Below the pieces are notes generated by a model. The model saw nothing but the letters and a program-made list of their open reading frames with translations, was not told the DNA's origin and searched no databases. Positions 9,403 through 19,445 of a stretch of DNA of 62,349 nt are shown piece after piece (within the stretch, counting starts at the first letter, position 1; each line of letters begins with the position of its first letter). A program made the position numbers and the translations under genes. The DNA is from a virus (lineage: Duplodnaviria > Caudoviricetes): positions 1 to 62,349 of IMG/VR virus record IMGVR_UViG_3300028388_005459; one strand, given 5' to 3'.

Positions 9403-9846
9403 TTATTCTGCCGCAACCGGATTTTTTGTATGCTCAGCCACAACAGTGATGAAAGTCCCGCCGCGGGCGTTGAATTTTCCTTCAACCTTCATCCATCGAG
9501 GAAGAGAGACATAAACCAAATCGCCCAAGATTTTGTTAACGATTTTTTCCATGAAGGCACCGTGCTGTCGATACGCGAAAAAATAAAGTTTAAGACTTTT
9601 GGATTCGATGCAATGTCGAAAAGGAATATACGTGATCTTGATTTCCCCAAAATCGGGTTGCCCGGTTTTCGGGCAAAGTGAAGTGAATTCGGGAAACGCG
9701 ATTTCAACAGTATATTTCGCATTCGGGCCCTCATGATGGTGGGGGCTGGGAAACACTTCGAGCATGTCGGGAGATGGCAAGGTGAGTTGATATTCTGTCT
9801 TCTCCGCGCCAAGTTTCGTCAATCCAGAAACGTTATTTTCAGACAT
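9403..9846 (-). CDS. queF: preQ0 reductase QueF (type I)
   Basis: EFTSLCPKTGQPDF with catalytic Cys; QueF motif ESKSLKLY; RGG. Confidence 0.92.
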   Translation of the reverse strand: MSENNVSGLTKLGAEKTEYQLTLPSPDMLEVFPSPHHHEGPNAKYTVEIAFPEFTSLCPKTGQPDFGEIKITYIPFRHCIESKSLKLYFFAYRQHGAFMEKIVNKILGDLVYVSLPRWMKVEGKFNARGGTFITVVAEHTKNPVAAE

Positions 9847-9874
9847 ATTTCCTCCTGAAGGTTTGCGCCCGTTC

Positions 9875-10441
9875 TTATTGCCGCCGACCAATCAGGCTGA
9901 GAAACTCGTTTCTTGCCGTCGGGTCGGTCATAAACTCGCCCTGTAGGGACGACGTTACCATGATTGAATTCTGTTTTGACACTCCCCGCATTCGCATGCA
10001 AAGGTGCTGAGCCTCGACAACGCATGCCGCCCCTCGCGGCCCGAGATAGTCCATAAGCGTATCTGTCACTTGAGTTGTAAGCCTCTCCTGAATCTGCAAG
10101 CGACGGGAAAAAGCGTCGACAATGCGCGCGAGCTTTGAAGTCCCAAGGATTCTGCCATTTGGGATATACGCGACATGCGCGACACCAAAAAATGGGAGCA
10201 TGTGGTGTTCACAAGTCGAAAATACTTCAATGTCGCGCACAAGGACGAGTTCGTCATACCCGGAACTGTCGAACGTCTTCATGAGGCCAGAGATTGAGAC
10301 GCGATACCCAGAAAAGATTTCATCGCACCACGCGCGACGCATGCGCTCTGGCGTCCCTTTTAGCCCTTCCCGATCAGGATCTTCGCCAATCGATTCGATC
10401 AACGAGCGGACCCCCGCGTCAAAACGTCTCTCGTCCATCAT
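9875..10441 (-). CDS. folE: GTP cyclohydrolase I
   Basis: [33 protein letters not shown]. Confidence 0.97.
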   Translation of the reverse strand: MMDERRFDAGVRSLIESIGEDPDREGLKGTPERMRRAWCDEIFSGYRVSISGLMKTFDSSGYDELVLVRDIEVFSTCEHHMLPFFGVAHVAYIPNGRILGTSKLARIVDAFSRRLQIQERLTTQVTDTLMDYLGPRGAACVVEAQHLCMRMRGVSKQNSIMVTSSLQGEFMTDPTARNEFLSLIGRRQ

Positions 10442-11133
10442 AATCGCATTGTCCTTTCCATTAAGGGGTCAGCATACCCCGCCTCCAAAAACCCGTTCAT
10501 GCGCAGCTTACAAGCGGGACATTCGAGGCATGGAGGCACGACGCCATTATAGCAAGTGTGCGAATGAGCAAGCGCTTCCCATGCCGGGTATCCTTGCGCG
10601 TCGAGTTCTTTGGCAAGCTGGACAGTCTCTGCCTTTGTCATATACATAAGGGGGGTGTGAATCGTGATTTCTTTGGCGAGAGCGAGAGACAAGGCGACCT
10701 GAGTGGCTTTGATGGTGTTGTCTCTGCAATCTGGGTATCCGGAAAAATCGGTCTGACATACGCCAGTGACGATGTTTGAGATATCGTGCTTATAAGCGTA
10801 TGCTGCGGCGAAGGTTAAAAGAGCGACATTGCGGCCAGGAAGAAACGAGGCGGGCAGGCTACCGACGCGATGCGCCGAAGAAATGTCACCGTCCCGTTGC
10901 ACCATTAACGAGTCTCCAATTTGGCTGAAAATCGTTCCCGCGTCGAGTTCCACGTGATACGCTTTCGCAAGCGCGGCGATAGTTTCTGCCGCCTCCATCT
11001 CCACGACATGCCGTTGGCCGTAATGCAGATTCAAGGAAACGATAGGCCCCTCAAATTCGCGTTTCGCCCAGAACAAACATGTCGTGGAGTCCTGTCCTCC
11101 AGATAGGAGGACGAGAGCTCCACTTCGCTTCAT
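10438..11133 (-). CDS. queC: 7-cyano-7-deazaguanine synthase
   Basis: SGGQDST, PGRN, YPDCR, C-terminal TCY...CxxCxxC. Confidence 0.97.
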   Translation of the reverse strand: MKRSGALVLLSGGQDSTTCLFWAKREFEGPIVSLNLHYGQRHVVEMEAAETIAALAKAYHVELDAGTIFSQIGDSLMVQRDGDISSAHRVGSLPASFLPGRNVALLTFAAAYAYKHDISNIVTGVCQTDFSGYPDCRDNTIKATQVALSLALAKEITIHTPLMYMTKAETVQLAKELDAQGYPAWEALAHSHTCYNGVVPPCLECPACKLRMNGFLEAGYADPLMERTMRL

Positions 11134-11146
11134 GATCTGCTCCTTT

Positions 11147-11962
11147 TTAGAAGGTGATTTTGCCGTCGGAGGTTTTATGCGCGACTTTGCCAAATTTCGA
11201 GTATTTCGGGTTGAGAGAATCAGAAACGACGGTGCCAACGGTGGAGGGCGTTTCTTCCGGAAACTTCTCAATCACTTTCGCGACGAGATCCTTCCGGGTA
11301 TGCTCTCCCTCTTCGATCAGCGCCTTGATATAGTCGTTTCGATCAGACTTTCGGGCGCGACGAGTGCCGATATTTTCGCCCTTGCTCTTGCTCTTGCCTT
11401 TGCCTTTGCCGGCGCCCTTGCTCTTGCTCTTGCCCCTGCCGGCGCTGTCGTCTTCGCCCGAGGAGGCGTTCGTCGTCGATTCGACTTCGACTTTGACGCC
11501 CAAGACCTTGCGCAGGCTCGAAGGGACCTTCTTGCCCATTTGCGCAGCGACTTCCTTCAAAGCTGTTTGCGCGTCCTCGCTCAGGGTCTCCAAATCGTCT
11601 TCCGCCATGAATTTCTGGATGAAAGTGTCGAGATGGGACTTGATCTGCGCTTCCGCTTGTTTTTGATCCTCGAGTTTCCGGCTCTCGGGCTCGACGGTCA
11701 GGTTGGGTTCGATTTTGAAGGCCTTTGAAAGCTCGTCGGCGACCTTGTTCAAGCGCTTAACATTGTCCATAACGGCCTTCAGAGACGGCTTGCTTGCCTT
11801 CGCGCTGTTGTTGCTGCCATTCTCGGCCGGAGCGCTGTTTTTCGTCTTGTTTTTGGCGGTGTTGGTGGTTTGGCTCTTGCCCTTGCTCTGACTCTTGGTG
11901 CTGTTGTTGGTGGTTTGGCTCTTGCTCTTGCCTTTGTTCGTGTTGGTGGTTTGCTTCGCCAT
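11147..11962 (-). CDS. Lys/Ser-rich, histone-like DNA-binding protein
   Basis: KSKS/GKGK repeats, globular C-terminus, AAGGAGG RBS, its own promoter. Confidence 0.65.
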   Translation of the reverse strand: MAKQTTNTNKGKSKSQTTNNSTKSQSKGKSQTTNTAKNKTKNSAPAENGSNNSAKASKPSLKAVMDNVKRLNKVADELSKAFKIEPNLTVEPESRKLEDQKQAEAQIKSHLDTFIQKFMAEDDLETLSEDAQTALKEVAAQMGKKVPSSLRKVLGVKVEVESTTNASSGEDDSAGRGKSKSKGAGKGKGKSKSKGENIGTRRARKSDRNDYIKALIEEGEHTRKDLVAKVIEKFPEETPSTVGTVVSDSLNPKYSKFGKVAHKTSDGKITF

Positions 11963-12007
11963 TTTGTTTTCCTCCTTGTGTTGTGTGCGTTTTCGATCTT
12001 GGAAAAC

Positions 12008-12036
12008 ATTATAGCCAGATTTGGAGAATTTTGCAA
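12008..12036 (-). promoter_or_regulatory. strong sigma70-type promoter TTGCAA-17-TATAAT
   Basis: Near-consensus hexamers with 17-nt spacer ending in TGGC. Confidence 0.8.
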
Positions 12037-12053
12037 GGGCTTTTTGGAAAAAA

Positions 12054-12800
12054 TTATGGAAAATTTATTCTCTTGTGAATTTGGACATTTAGAACCACGT
12101 CCGCAAGCCTCGAGCTTGCCCGCATCCAAGAAAACAGCTTTTGAGGCCCCAAATGGATGGGTGAAAACGCGAATCGTGGAAAAGAGCGCTGCCCAAGCTC
12201 GTTTTTGATGAGATCAAGCGCCTCGACAGCGCTATAAAAAGATTCCTGATCCCAGACCGGAATCTTGACCCAGTCCCCCTTCTCTCCATCAAGAATGTCC
12301 CATGTCGATTGAGCCCAGGGCAATGGAGCGTCTGTTTTATAGTCCACAATCAAGGACAAATTTTCCGCGCGCTCTTTGAGAACCTCCTTCAGCGTGGCGT
12401 TAAGCTCAACAGTGCCATTTGTTTCGATTGAAATATGGAACGGCGAGGACCTTTCGTCCTTGATTTGCTCTTGACTGTCGAGAGTGCGGTAAGTGACGCG
12501 AAGCGGGAGCTTTTCCAAAAGATCAAAAAGGCCCTCTTGTTGCATGAAGGGCTCTCCCCCCGTAATTGTCGCCTTTACGGTTCGCAGTTCAGCGACGACA
12601 TTATAAACGGAGGTGACGTAGCGCGACAGAGAATCCCGATTTTTGGCGTAGGGAGAATCGCAGTAAAAGCAATCGAGATTGCACCCGAAGAACCGGATAA
12701 ATGTCGATTGAGTTCCTTGCCCTTGGGGATTGACTTCTCCGTCAATCGAAACGAAAGGGGGTTCAGCGAGCACTAATGCGCCACAAGTTTCTGCTTCCAT
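12054..12800 (-). CDS. queE: 7-carboxy-7-deazaguanine synthase (radical SAM)
   Basis: SIDGE, IRFFGCNLDCFYCDS, TGGEP, IETNG, QIHK. Confidence 0.93.
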   Translation of the reverse strand: MEAETCGALVLAEPPFVSIDGEVNPQGQGTQSTFIRFFGCNLDCFYCDSPYAKNRDSLSRYVTSVYNVVAELRTVKATITGGEPFMQQEGLFDLLEKLPLRVTYRTLDSQEQIKDERSSPFHISIETNGTVELNATLKEVLKERAENLSLIVDYKTDAPLPWAQSTWDILDGEKGDWVKIPVWDQESFYSAVEALDLIKNELGQRSFPRFAFSPIHLGPQKLFSWMRASSRLADVVLNVQIHKRINFP

Positions 12801-12801
12801 A

Positions 12802-13203
12802 TTAGTTCTCCTTGATCCACTCTGCATAGCTTGTTGGTGTTTCGTAGAGTCGAACACCAAGAAGCCTTGCACTTGTAAAAGACAACACGGGAATCAGTTC
12901 GTCCCGAATCCACAGCACCATCCGCTCAGCAGTCGGCGAGACAACGTCGAAGGGCGGAATCGAGTTTATCAACTGATGATCGAGTTTGGTTTTGATCGCG
13001 TCTTCCATGATCTGTTTTAGATGCCCAAAATCCACAAGCATTCCAGTTGACGGATCAATTCGACCGCGCATGGCGATTTGAAGCCGGTAAGTATGTCCAT
13101 GAAGGTTGCTGCACTTGCCCTCGTGTTTTGGCAGATAATGCGCAGCGTCGAAAGTGATTTCCTTTACGACTACCACAATATCTCTATCAATCGGCGGACT
13201 CAT
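12802..13203 (-). CDS. queD: 6-carboxytetrahydropterin synthase
   Basis: FDAAH, CSNLHGHTY, DFG, LDH, PTAE, LYETP. Confidence 0.96.
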   Translation of the reverse strand: MSPPIDRDIVVVVKEITFDAAHYLPKHEGKCSNLHGHTYRLQIAMRGRIDPSTGMLVDFGHLKQIMEDAIKTKLDHQLINSIPPFDVVSPTAERMVLWIRDELIPVLSFTSARLLGVRLYETPTSYAEWIKEN

Positions 13204-14455
13204 CTATAATCTCCTTCCATTTGATGGCTTTTTTGCTTCCACTAAGCTCGACCTTAAACCGGTCGAGATTTGCTCCCGGCGCGATATTTCGCGCTTTAAC
13301 ATAGTCGATCCATATGCCTCCTCCTTTCTTGTCTCTGCTCAGCGACAGAATAACGTCCATCGGGTCGTCGTGAGCGCTCGTTCCTCGCTGCTGTCGCTTG
13401 TTTTTTCCTGAATGGTGGATTAAAATTATTGCCAGCCCCAAATGTCGTAAAGAGATTAGCCATTGATTAATAGGGTCCCATTCCTTTTTGTCGTTCTCGT
13501 CTCGTCCTGGCGTTAGCGCGCTCAGATTGTCGAGGATTACGGTTTTTATTCGTGGGCGAGACGCGATGAATTCATAGATGGATTCTCGCCATTCTGGCTT
13601 GGTAATGTCGATTTGGCAACGGCTTGTTCTCGCTATTCTGTTGGCAGACAAGATGGTCAATGGTGAGCGCGTCCTTTCTTTTCCATGCGCGCCTTCGAGC
13701 GCTTTCAAGCGCTCTTTCAAATCCCACTCTCCCATCTCTCCATCAATATAGAGCGCTCCCGAAGGCTCCTTAACTTCCCACGGTCCGATTTCTGCCTTTT
13801 CCCACTCGTCGCGAGTCAGCATGACCGCAATTGAGAGCGCGAGCCATGTTTTACCAATTCCCGGCTCAGCGAATATCATATTCAGAGACGCGAGATTGAG
13901 CCAAGGGCGAATCAGTCTTTTTGGGACTGACGAGTCTTCCTGGACAAAGCGCGAGCCCAAAACCGCCGATTTTTGGATTTCAGTGATGAGCCCTTGGTCA
14001 GAGATAAGCTCAATGTTTTTTAGCGTCTCTTCTGCTTTGTCGTATTCGCCTGCCTTCGCATATTCTTCAGCGAGTAAGGACGCGATTTCGATTTGTCTTT
14101 TGCGGAAATATTCCGTCGCCCGCTGGATCTCGAAATCTGGATCAAAATCATTTTCCTCTTGTTCATAATTCGCGCTCAGGGCGGCTAAAATCTTTTCTAT
14201 GGCGTCGAAATCATTTTTTGGTATTTTGGATTGGGTTTGACGAGATTCCCATATCGCCTCGATTTTGCGTCTCGGAGCTTCGGAATGTTTCTGCCAATGC
14301 GCGAAGCACCAATCAACAAGCATTCGGATATGTCGACTCTCGATAAACTCCTGGCGATGGATACGATAGTATTTCGTCAGGAAATCATCAGAGACGATAC
14401 ACCCGATTGCAATTTTCGATTCTGCAATAACCCAATCGGGCTTATTTAATTTCAT
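13187..14455 (-). CDS. RecA-fold (RepA/AAA_25-like) replicative helicase
   Basis: Walker A AEPGIGKT, YIDGE, ILDNLS, IHHSGK, QRGTS. Confidence 0.8.
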   Translation of the reverse strand: MKLNKPDWVIAESKIAIGCIVSDDFLTKYYRIHRQEFIESRHIRMLVDWCFAHWQKHSEAPRRKIEAIWESRQTQSKIPKNDFDAIEKILAALSANYEQEENDFDPDFEIQRATEYFRKRQIEIASLLAEEYAKAGEYDKAEETLKNIELISDQGLITEIQKSAVLGSRFVQEDSSVPKRLIRPWLNLASLNMIFAEPGIGKTWLALSIAVMLTRDEWEKAEIGPWEVKEPSGALYIDGEMGEWDLKERLKALEGAHGKERTRSPLTILSANRIARTSRCQIDITKPEWRESIYEFIASRPRIKTVILDNLSALTPGRDENDKKEWDPINQWLISLRHLGLAIILIHHSGKNKRQQRGTSAHDDPMDVILSLSRDKKGGGIWIDYVKARNIAPGANLDRFKVELSGSKKAIKWKEIIDESAD

Positions 14456-14874
14456 GTTTTCGATTCAGCTTTGCGGGCAGCTTTTTCAGCTTTGGACAAA
14501 GAGGGCGAAGGAATAATGGGGACTAAAAATCGTCTATTTCCCGCTTTGGTGACGCGAAAACTTTTCTTGGGTCCGGTGACGTTATCCTCTGTTTTTCTTT
14601 CTACAGTCACCATTTGATTTTTAGCAAGGTCGAGACGATTTAACAGCCCGATGACCGGATCAGCATCGAGCTCCGGAGGAGACTCTTTCTTTTTCCCGTC
14701 TTCATACCCATGCCCCCAGAAATGATATCCAGCGGTCGTATATAAATATTCAAGCAGATTTCTGCCAACAACGAGCTTTTGTCCCGCCGCTTCCAAATCA
14801 CGTTCAAGCGCGTTCAAAAGCCCATCGATCCACGCATAATGTTCTTCGGGACTTGTCGATTTCATGTTGGACAT
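14452..14874 (-). CDS. hypothetical protein
   Basis: AAAGGAGG RBS and TGGCTATAAC promoter upstream; ATGA overlap with the helicase gene. Confidence 0.7.
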   Translation of the reverse strand: MSNMKSTSPEEHYAWIDGLLNALERDLEAAGQKLVVGRNLLEYLYTTAGYHFWGHGYEDGKKKESPPELDADPVIGLLNRLDLAKNQMVTVERKTEDNVTGPKKSFRVTKAGNRRFLVPIIPSPSLSKAEKAARKAESKT

Positions 14875-14892
14875 AATGCCTCCTTTAATGTC

Positions 14893-14920
14893 GTTATAGC
14901 CAACGTTGCGATTTCTAAAA
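14893..14920 (-). promoter_or_regulatory. promoter with TGGC-TATAAC
   Basis: Same motif and similar leader (…ATTAAAGGAG) as the element at 1691. Confidence 0.55.
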
Positions 14921-14921
14921 A

Positions 14922-16334
14922 TTATCCCGGCCAATCAAGCTCGATCTCGACTCCGAAAAAACCTCCTCGCAATGAGTCGAGAAATTTCTTCCAGGAATGG
15001 TGTCGAGGACCAAGCGCGTTTACGCTCACCGTTATTTCCTCAAGATCGCGATTTTCCTCATTCCATTGGAGGTATTCTTTTGTGATCAATTCTGGTTCAA
15101 AATTGTTCAGATATGAGCGAAAATCCCTATAATCTTTATCCACTTTTCCTTTCTCTCGACAGTATTTATCTGCCCATTCACACCACTCCATAATATCGAT
15201 TACAACGCGATAGAGACGTTGAAGCGTCGAGTTCTTTGGGCTTGAATCTGTCAAGCACTTTTTAAGGTCTTCGGTTACTTTTGGATTTGGGTCTTCGAGA
15301 ATCTGCAAGTCGCGAATATCCTCCTCCGCAGCGACCTTAAGAAACAAGCTCGTTAGCCCGCTTGGGTGATGGGGATTAAAAAGTGCCTTCGAAAGATCAA
15401 TTGGACTATTCCAATTTAGGTTCGCTATCTCTCGTAAAACTTCCTTGATTTCATCTTGCTTCCATTTCTTTTTGATAATAGAAATGGGGATTCTATGCGC
15501 TTTAGAGAAAGCGCGAAGCGCTTCATTTGAATGGGCGTATTCACCTGATTGGAGCTGGTTTATTCTTCTAATGATTGACTTATATGTTTTCGTTTTTGGG
15601 TTTGTATGTCGAATAATATTTTGTCGTGAATTTGTTTTCGAATGTAAGCTATTCCAGAATTCAATTATGGGATGCAATTCGATTGTTTTTTTATCTCGAT
15701 TTTCAAGACCGGATAATTGAGCGCCCCATTCCGGGGCGCTTTGATATGTATTATACGAAGTATAATATATATCAAATAAAGGGATACTACGCACGTCCGT
15801 GCGTAGTATTTTTCCGGTTGTATTTTCGGACACTTGCAGATTTGCTTGATTTTTACTAAGCACGTCCGTGCGTAGTATTTTTCCGGTTGTATTTTCGGAC
15901 ACTTGCAGATTTGCTTGATTTTTAGCATCCCTAACTTGGAGAACTTTATTCTCAAGGCTGTTGTCGTGATTGATAGCAATTCTTCGATATTTTGATTGCC
16001 CATTCATAACGATAATCAAGCCCGCAGACTTTAATATTTCGAGATGTTTTACGACCGCTCTTGTCTTAAGTCCAATCATTTTTCCAAGATAATTGTTCGA
16101 AGCCGTGCAGTTTTGCGAAGGAATGTCGAGTTGATTAATGGCGGCGAGAAGAAGGAGGGAGGTTTTGGGCAGGTTGCTATGCAGCCAGAAGATTGGGACG
16201 GTTAAATATTTGGACAGATTTTGTGGAGGGATGTTTGGATCTCTTGTTTGCGCGTTGTCTCTTTGATCAGAGAAAGATTTGCCTTCTCCATCCATTCTGT
16301 TTTTCATTTTACGGAACTTATCATCCAATGGCAT
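14922..16334 (-). CDS. putative replication initiator (N-terminal HTH, internal repeat)
   Basis: ASNNYLGKMIG...LEILKSAGLI HTH; internal duplication; lies between primase and helicase; AT-richer than its neighbours. Confidence 0.6.
   Translation of the reverse strand: MPLDDKFRKMKNRMDGEGKSFSDQRDNAQTRDPNIPPQNLSKYLTVPIFWLHSNLPKTSLLLLAAINQLDIPSQNCTASNNYLGKMIGLKTRAVVKHLEILKSAGLIIVMNGQSKYRRIAINHDNSLENKVLQVRDAKNQANLQVSENTTGKILRTDVLSKNQANLQVSENTTGKILRTDVRSIPLFDIYYTSYNTYQSAPEWGAQLSGLENRDKKTIELHPIIEFWNSLHSKTNSRQNIIRHTNPKTKTYKSIIRRINQLQSGEYAHSNEALRAFSKAHRIPISIIKKKWKQDEIKEVLREIANLNWNSPIDLSKALFNPHHPSGLTSLFLKVAAEEDIRDLQILEDPNPKVTEDLKKCLTDSSPKNSTLQRLYRVVIDIMEWCEWADKYCREKGKVDKDYRDFRSYLNNFEPELITKEYLQWNEENRDLEEITVSVNALGPRHHSWKKFLDSLRGGFFGVEIELDWPG
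15784..15924. repeat. two exact 65-bp direct repeats (15791-15855, 15860-15924) plus a 12-bp inverted repeat (15784-15809); candidate origin
   Basis: Read directly: ATACTACGCACG-TC-CGTGCGTAGTAT; repeat period 69 bp. Confidence 0.9.
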
Positions 16335-16480
16335 CGTTCAACCTCCGTGCAAAGGTTAAATTGGAGCCCTCAACAGGCACGACCCATTATTAATGGCTGT
16401 TGAGGGCCGGGAACTTTCCCACTCCGATCGGCCAAATCAGAGCCCCTCTATCTTGCTTTTAAACGCGTTTTAATGACCTG

Positions 16481-17389
16481 TCAAGTGCTTTCTAAAAGCT
16501 CTTTGACGATTAAAGCAGCCTCATGAGGCTTTAGCTCTGCTGGATCTGCGGCATCCCATTCCCATTCCGGGACAAACGCCTCTGTCCCAAATAAAGAGAC
16601 TTCTCCAGCGAGTCTATATGCCTTCTTTTGCGCTTCCTCCTCAGGGTCAAAAAGAACGAAAACCTGATCAAACTTCTCCGCCAACAATAGCGCTTGCTCT
16701 GGAGAATACGAGATTCCGAATGTCGCGACAGCACCCGGCCCGAGTCTCCAGGCGTCAAATATGCCCTCGACGACAATGGCTTTGCGCTTTCTCGCGTTGT
16801 CGAGCCCATAGAGAATTTTTTGGTGAGGAATAGACTCTTCGCCTTTGGGGCAAGCGATATATGGCAAGTCTGCAAGCCCTGTTATGTCTCGCGATTGCCA
16901 GCTTACAAGAGTGTTATTGTAGCGTATCGGGATGATGATTCGCCAAGGGAGGGACTGGACGCGCTTTGTAGCGAGAGGATCCCACAACCTCTCGATTTCT
17001 GCCACGTCCAGCCCCCGTTTCGTCAAGTATTCTCTATGACGTTTTCCCATGGCTCCGGCGCCCTTCGGGAGGAAAGGAGAGAAAGTCCCGTCCGGTCGCC
17101 GAAAGTCCTTTTCTTCGTCGCGCGATATTCCCGCGATTGAGTGTTTCTTGATTAATATTTTGGCATCTTGATAGCTGCAATTTGCAAGCGCTGCCACAAC
17201 ACGAATGTTGGATTTGTAGCCACAGCGCCAGCAGTTGAAGATTCCTGCTGAGAGATTATACCCAAGATGGATACCCGGGTCGCCAGTGCAGAATGGGCAT
17301 TCGATATTCACCCAGCCGCGACTTTGTTGCTTGCCGCGACCGGGCGAAATACCAAGCTCGAGAAACAAGGATTCAATGTCCAGTATCAT
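16481..17389 (-). CDS. DNA primase (Zn finger + TOPRIM)
   Basis: CPFC...CWRC; IVVEGIFD; FDPE. Confidence 0.9.
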   Translation of the reverse strand: MILDIESLFLELGISPGRGKQQSRGWVNIECPFCTGDPGIHLGYNLSAGIFNCWRCGYKSNIRVVAALANCSYQDAKILIKKHSIAGISRDEEKDFRRPDGTFSPFLPKGAGAMGKRHREYLTKRGLDVAEIERLWDPLATKRVQSLPWRIIIPIRYNNTLVSWQSRDITGLADLPYIACPKGEESIPHQKILYGLDNARKRKAIVVEGIFDAWRLGPGAVATFGISYSPEQALLLAEKFDQVFVLFDPEEEAQKKAYRLAGEVSLFGTEAFVPEWEWDAADPAELKPHEAALIVKELLEST

Positions 17390-17679
17390 CCTCGAATCCT
17401 CGCAATGTCGAGATTGGCGACCAGCCCCTCGACTTTTTTGCCGCTGAGCAACTGAACTGTCGCTCGGCGCTTGCCTTCGCGCAGTAGATACGCCGGGCGG
17501 CGCATCCCTTTATACGTGATCTCGACCAGGGGATTATTTCTGTTGACGCGGCGGCGGCGTAGTTCGTTGTTTATTCTGTCGTAGATCGCGCGAGATTGGC
17601 GCGTGTTGTCCTTTTCAAGTTGCCCCATCATTGACATTAGAAATACGGTCGTATATTGTTGGGGATTAAAGCGGCTCAT
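17386..17679 (-). CDS. hypothetical basic protein
   Basis: ATGA overlaps on both sides. Confidence 0.65.
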   Translation of the reverse strand: MSRFNPQQYTTVFLMSMMGQLEKDNTRQSRAIYDRINNELRRRRVNRNNPLVEITYKGMRRPAYLLREGKRRATVQLLSGKKVEGLVANLDIARIRG

Positions 17680-19379
17680 ATTCCCTCCATTCCTTTTATG
17701 CGATTGTGGAGTTGGTTAATTATGCCTAATAACGCGTCCTCTGTTGCTGTCTCTTTTATCTCTGCATCCAGCAAATGATCGATTACCTCCCGTTTTTTGT
17801 TGATGGCGGTTAAAATAGATTCGTCCAACGTTCCTTCGCTGACGAGATACCAAGCCGTAACGCTGTTTTTCTGCCCGATCCTATGCGTCCTGTCTTCTGC
17901 TTGCTCGAGTTCGCTAGGCGTCCACGGGAACTCGACAAAGGCCACGTTATTTGCCGCGAACAGGTCAATTCCAACGCCCGCGGCTCTTATCGTCCCGATG
18001 AAAAGCTGAGCTTTAGGGTCGGTTTGAAATTTTTTCGTGGCCGCATGTCTTTGATCTTGCGGCGTTCTGCCATCGATCTTGACGGCAACGTCCTTGAATT
18101 CGGACAATAAAACGTCAACCACGCTTTTGTGGATTGCGAACACCACGAGCTTCTCGCCAGATTCCAGAAAGTTGCGAATCCATTTGATTGCTGAGTCTTT
18201 TTTGCAGTCAAAAGAGAGGCGGCGGAGAGAATTGATTTTGGTTAGAGTCTCTGCGCGCAATGCGCCGACGACTCTTTTTTCCAGCTCCTCTCCTTCGAAA
18301 TTGTCCACGAGCCAAGAAATAAAATCTTGACTTGCGGTCTCGTATTGTTTCCACGCCTCTGAGTCGACCTTGAAGGTGACTTTTGCCCGCTGTTTTGCAG
18401 GCAAATCTTTCAACACTTCCTCCTTGCGTCGGCGGATCATAACGCCCGAATTCAGGATCAAATTCAACTCATCCAGATTACTCGCGCCACTAAAATCCCA
18501 CCCCCAATACCCTTTTTTGGCATCGCAGTATCTGCGCGCATAGTCGAAAAATCTGGGGAAAAGATCGGGCCTCGTGATGTTTAGCAAATTGAAAAATTCT
18601 ACCGGGCGATTCTCGACAGGGGTCCCGGTCAAAGGGATTACATACTTGCAACGACGCGCAATCGCCTTCGCCGCTCGTGTTCTTTGGGCTTTGGAATTCT
18701 TGATATAATGCGCCTCGTCAAGGATAATGGTTTTGGGCTTAAATTGCTTCAGAATATAATCCTTCCATGCCTCCAGAATGTCGTAATTTATGATCAATAT
18801 TGTTGGGGCTTTTTTCGCGTTAAATGCGATTTCTCGCGACGCGTTCGAAAGCGCCTTTCTTGACGTTCCGGTGGCGAGATATACCGCCTCAGTTTTGTTA
18901 AGCCAGACCTTACAGTGTTCGAGCCAGTTTTGTTTGACGACAGCGGGCACGACAATCAGCGCGGGACGGGCATGGCTGTTTTTCGCTTTCAGCCAAGCGA
19001 GACTCTGGACTGTTTTGCCTAGCCCCGGGACGTCGGCAAGAACCGCCCTGCCATTATAGCTCTCAATCTCTTGAACGCCAATCTTTTGGAAGTCGCGCAG
19101 CCCCGCTGGCATTTTGAATGATCTTTTCGCGCGCTCTCGCTCTCGCTTTTGTTCTGCCATCCAATTTTCCAGCTCCGGAGTTGGATCAAAGCCGAGAGAC
19201 AGGACTTTTTCTGCGGCTTCGATATCGCGCGGGAGCTCCCAGGCTTTCAGCGAAGAGATATATTTCCGTCCGGGAATTTGCTTGATTGCCTCTCTCGTCT
19301 CGTCAAAACGTGGGTCGCCATATGGGAATCGAAACAAAACCAAGATTCGATCTTTTCCGAGACGCGCTTGCTTTTGCAT
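17676..19379 (-). CDS. SNF2/SMARCAL1-like helicase
   Basis: LADVPGLGKT, DEAH, TGTP, QAEDRTHRIGQ. Confidence 0.92.
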   Translation of the reverse strand: MQKQARLGKDRILVLFRFPYGDPRFDETREAIKQIPGRKYISSLKAWELPRDIEAAEKVLSLGFDPTPELENWMAEQKRERERAKRSFKMPAGLRDFQKIGVQEIESYNGRAVLADVPGLGKTVQSLAWLKAKNSHARPALIVVPAVVKQNWLEHCKVWLNKTEAVYLATGTSRKALSNASREIAFNAKKAPTILIINYDILEAWKDYILKQFKPKTIILDEAHYIKNSKAQRTRAAKAIARRCKYVIPLTGTPVENRPVEFFNLLNITRPDLFPRFFDYARRYCDAKKGYWGWDFSGASNLDELNLILNSGVMIRRRKEEVLKDLPAKQRAKVTFKVDSEAWKQYETASQDFISWLVDNFEGEELEKRVVGALRAETLTKINSLRRLSFDCKKDSAIKWIRNFLESGEKLVVFAIHKSVVDVLLSEFKDVAVKIDGRTPQDQRHAATKKFQTDPKAQLFIGTIRAAGVGIDLFAANNVAFVEFPWTPSELEQAEDRTHRIGQKNSVTAWYLVSEGTLDESILTAINKKREVIDHLLDAEIKETATEDALLGIINQLHNRIKGMEGI

Positions 19380-19445
19380 TCTGGCCTCCTTATATCGATT
19401 CTCAGAGGCGGAACGAGTCCGCCCCTGGTAAGTATGGGGTTTGGG

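Noticed and set aside
9403-9846. QueF-L/archaeosine (dG+) pathway
   Set aside because: The canonical QueF motif is present; no Gat-QueC or ArcS seen
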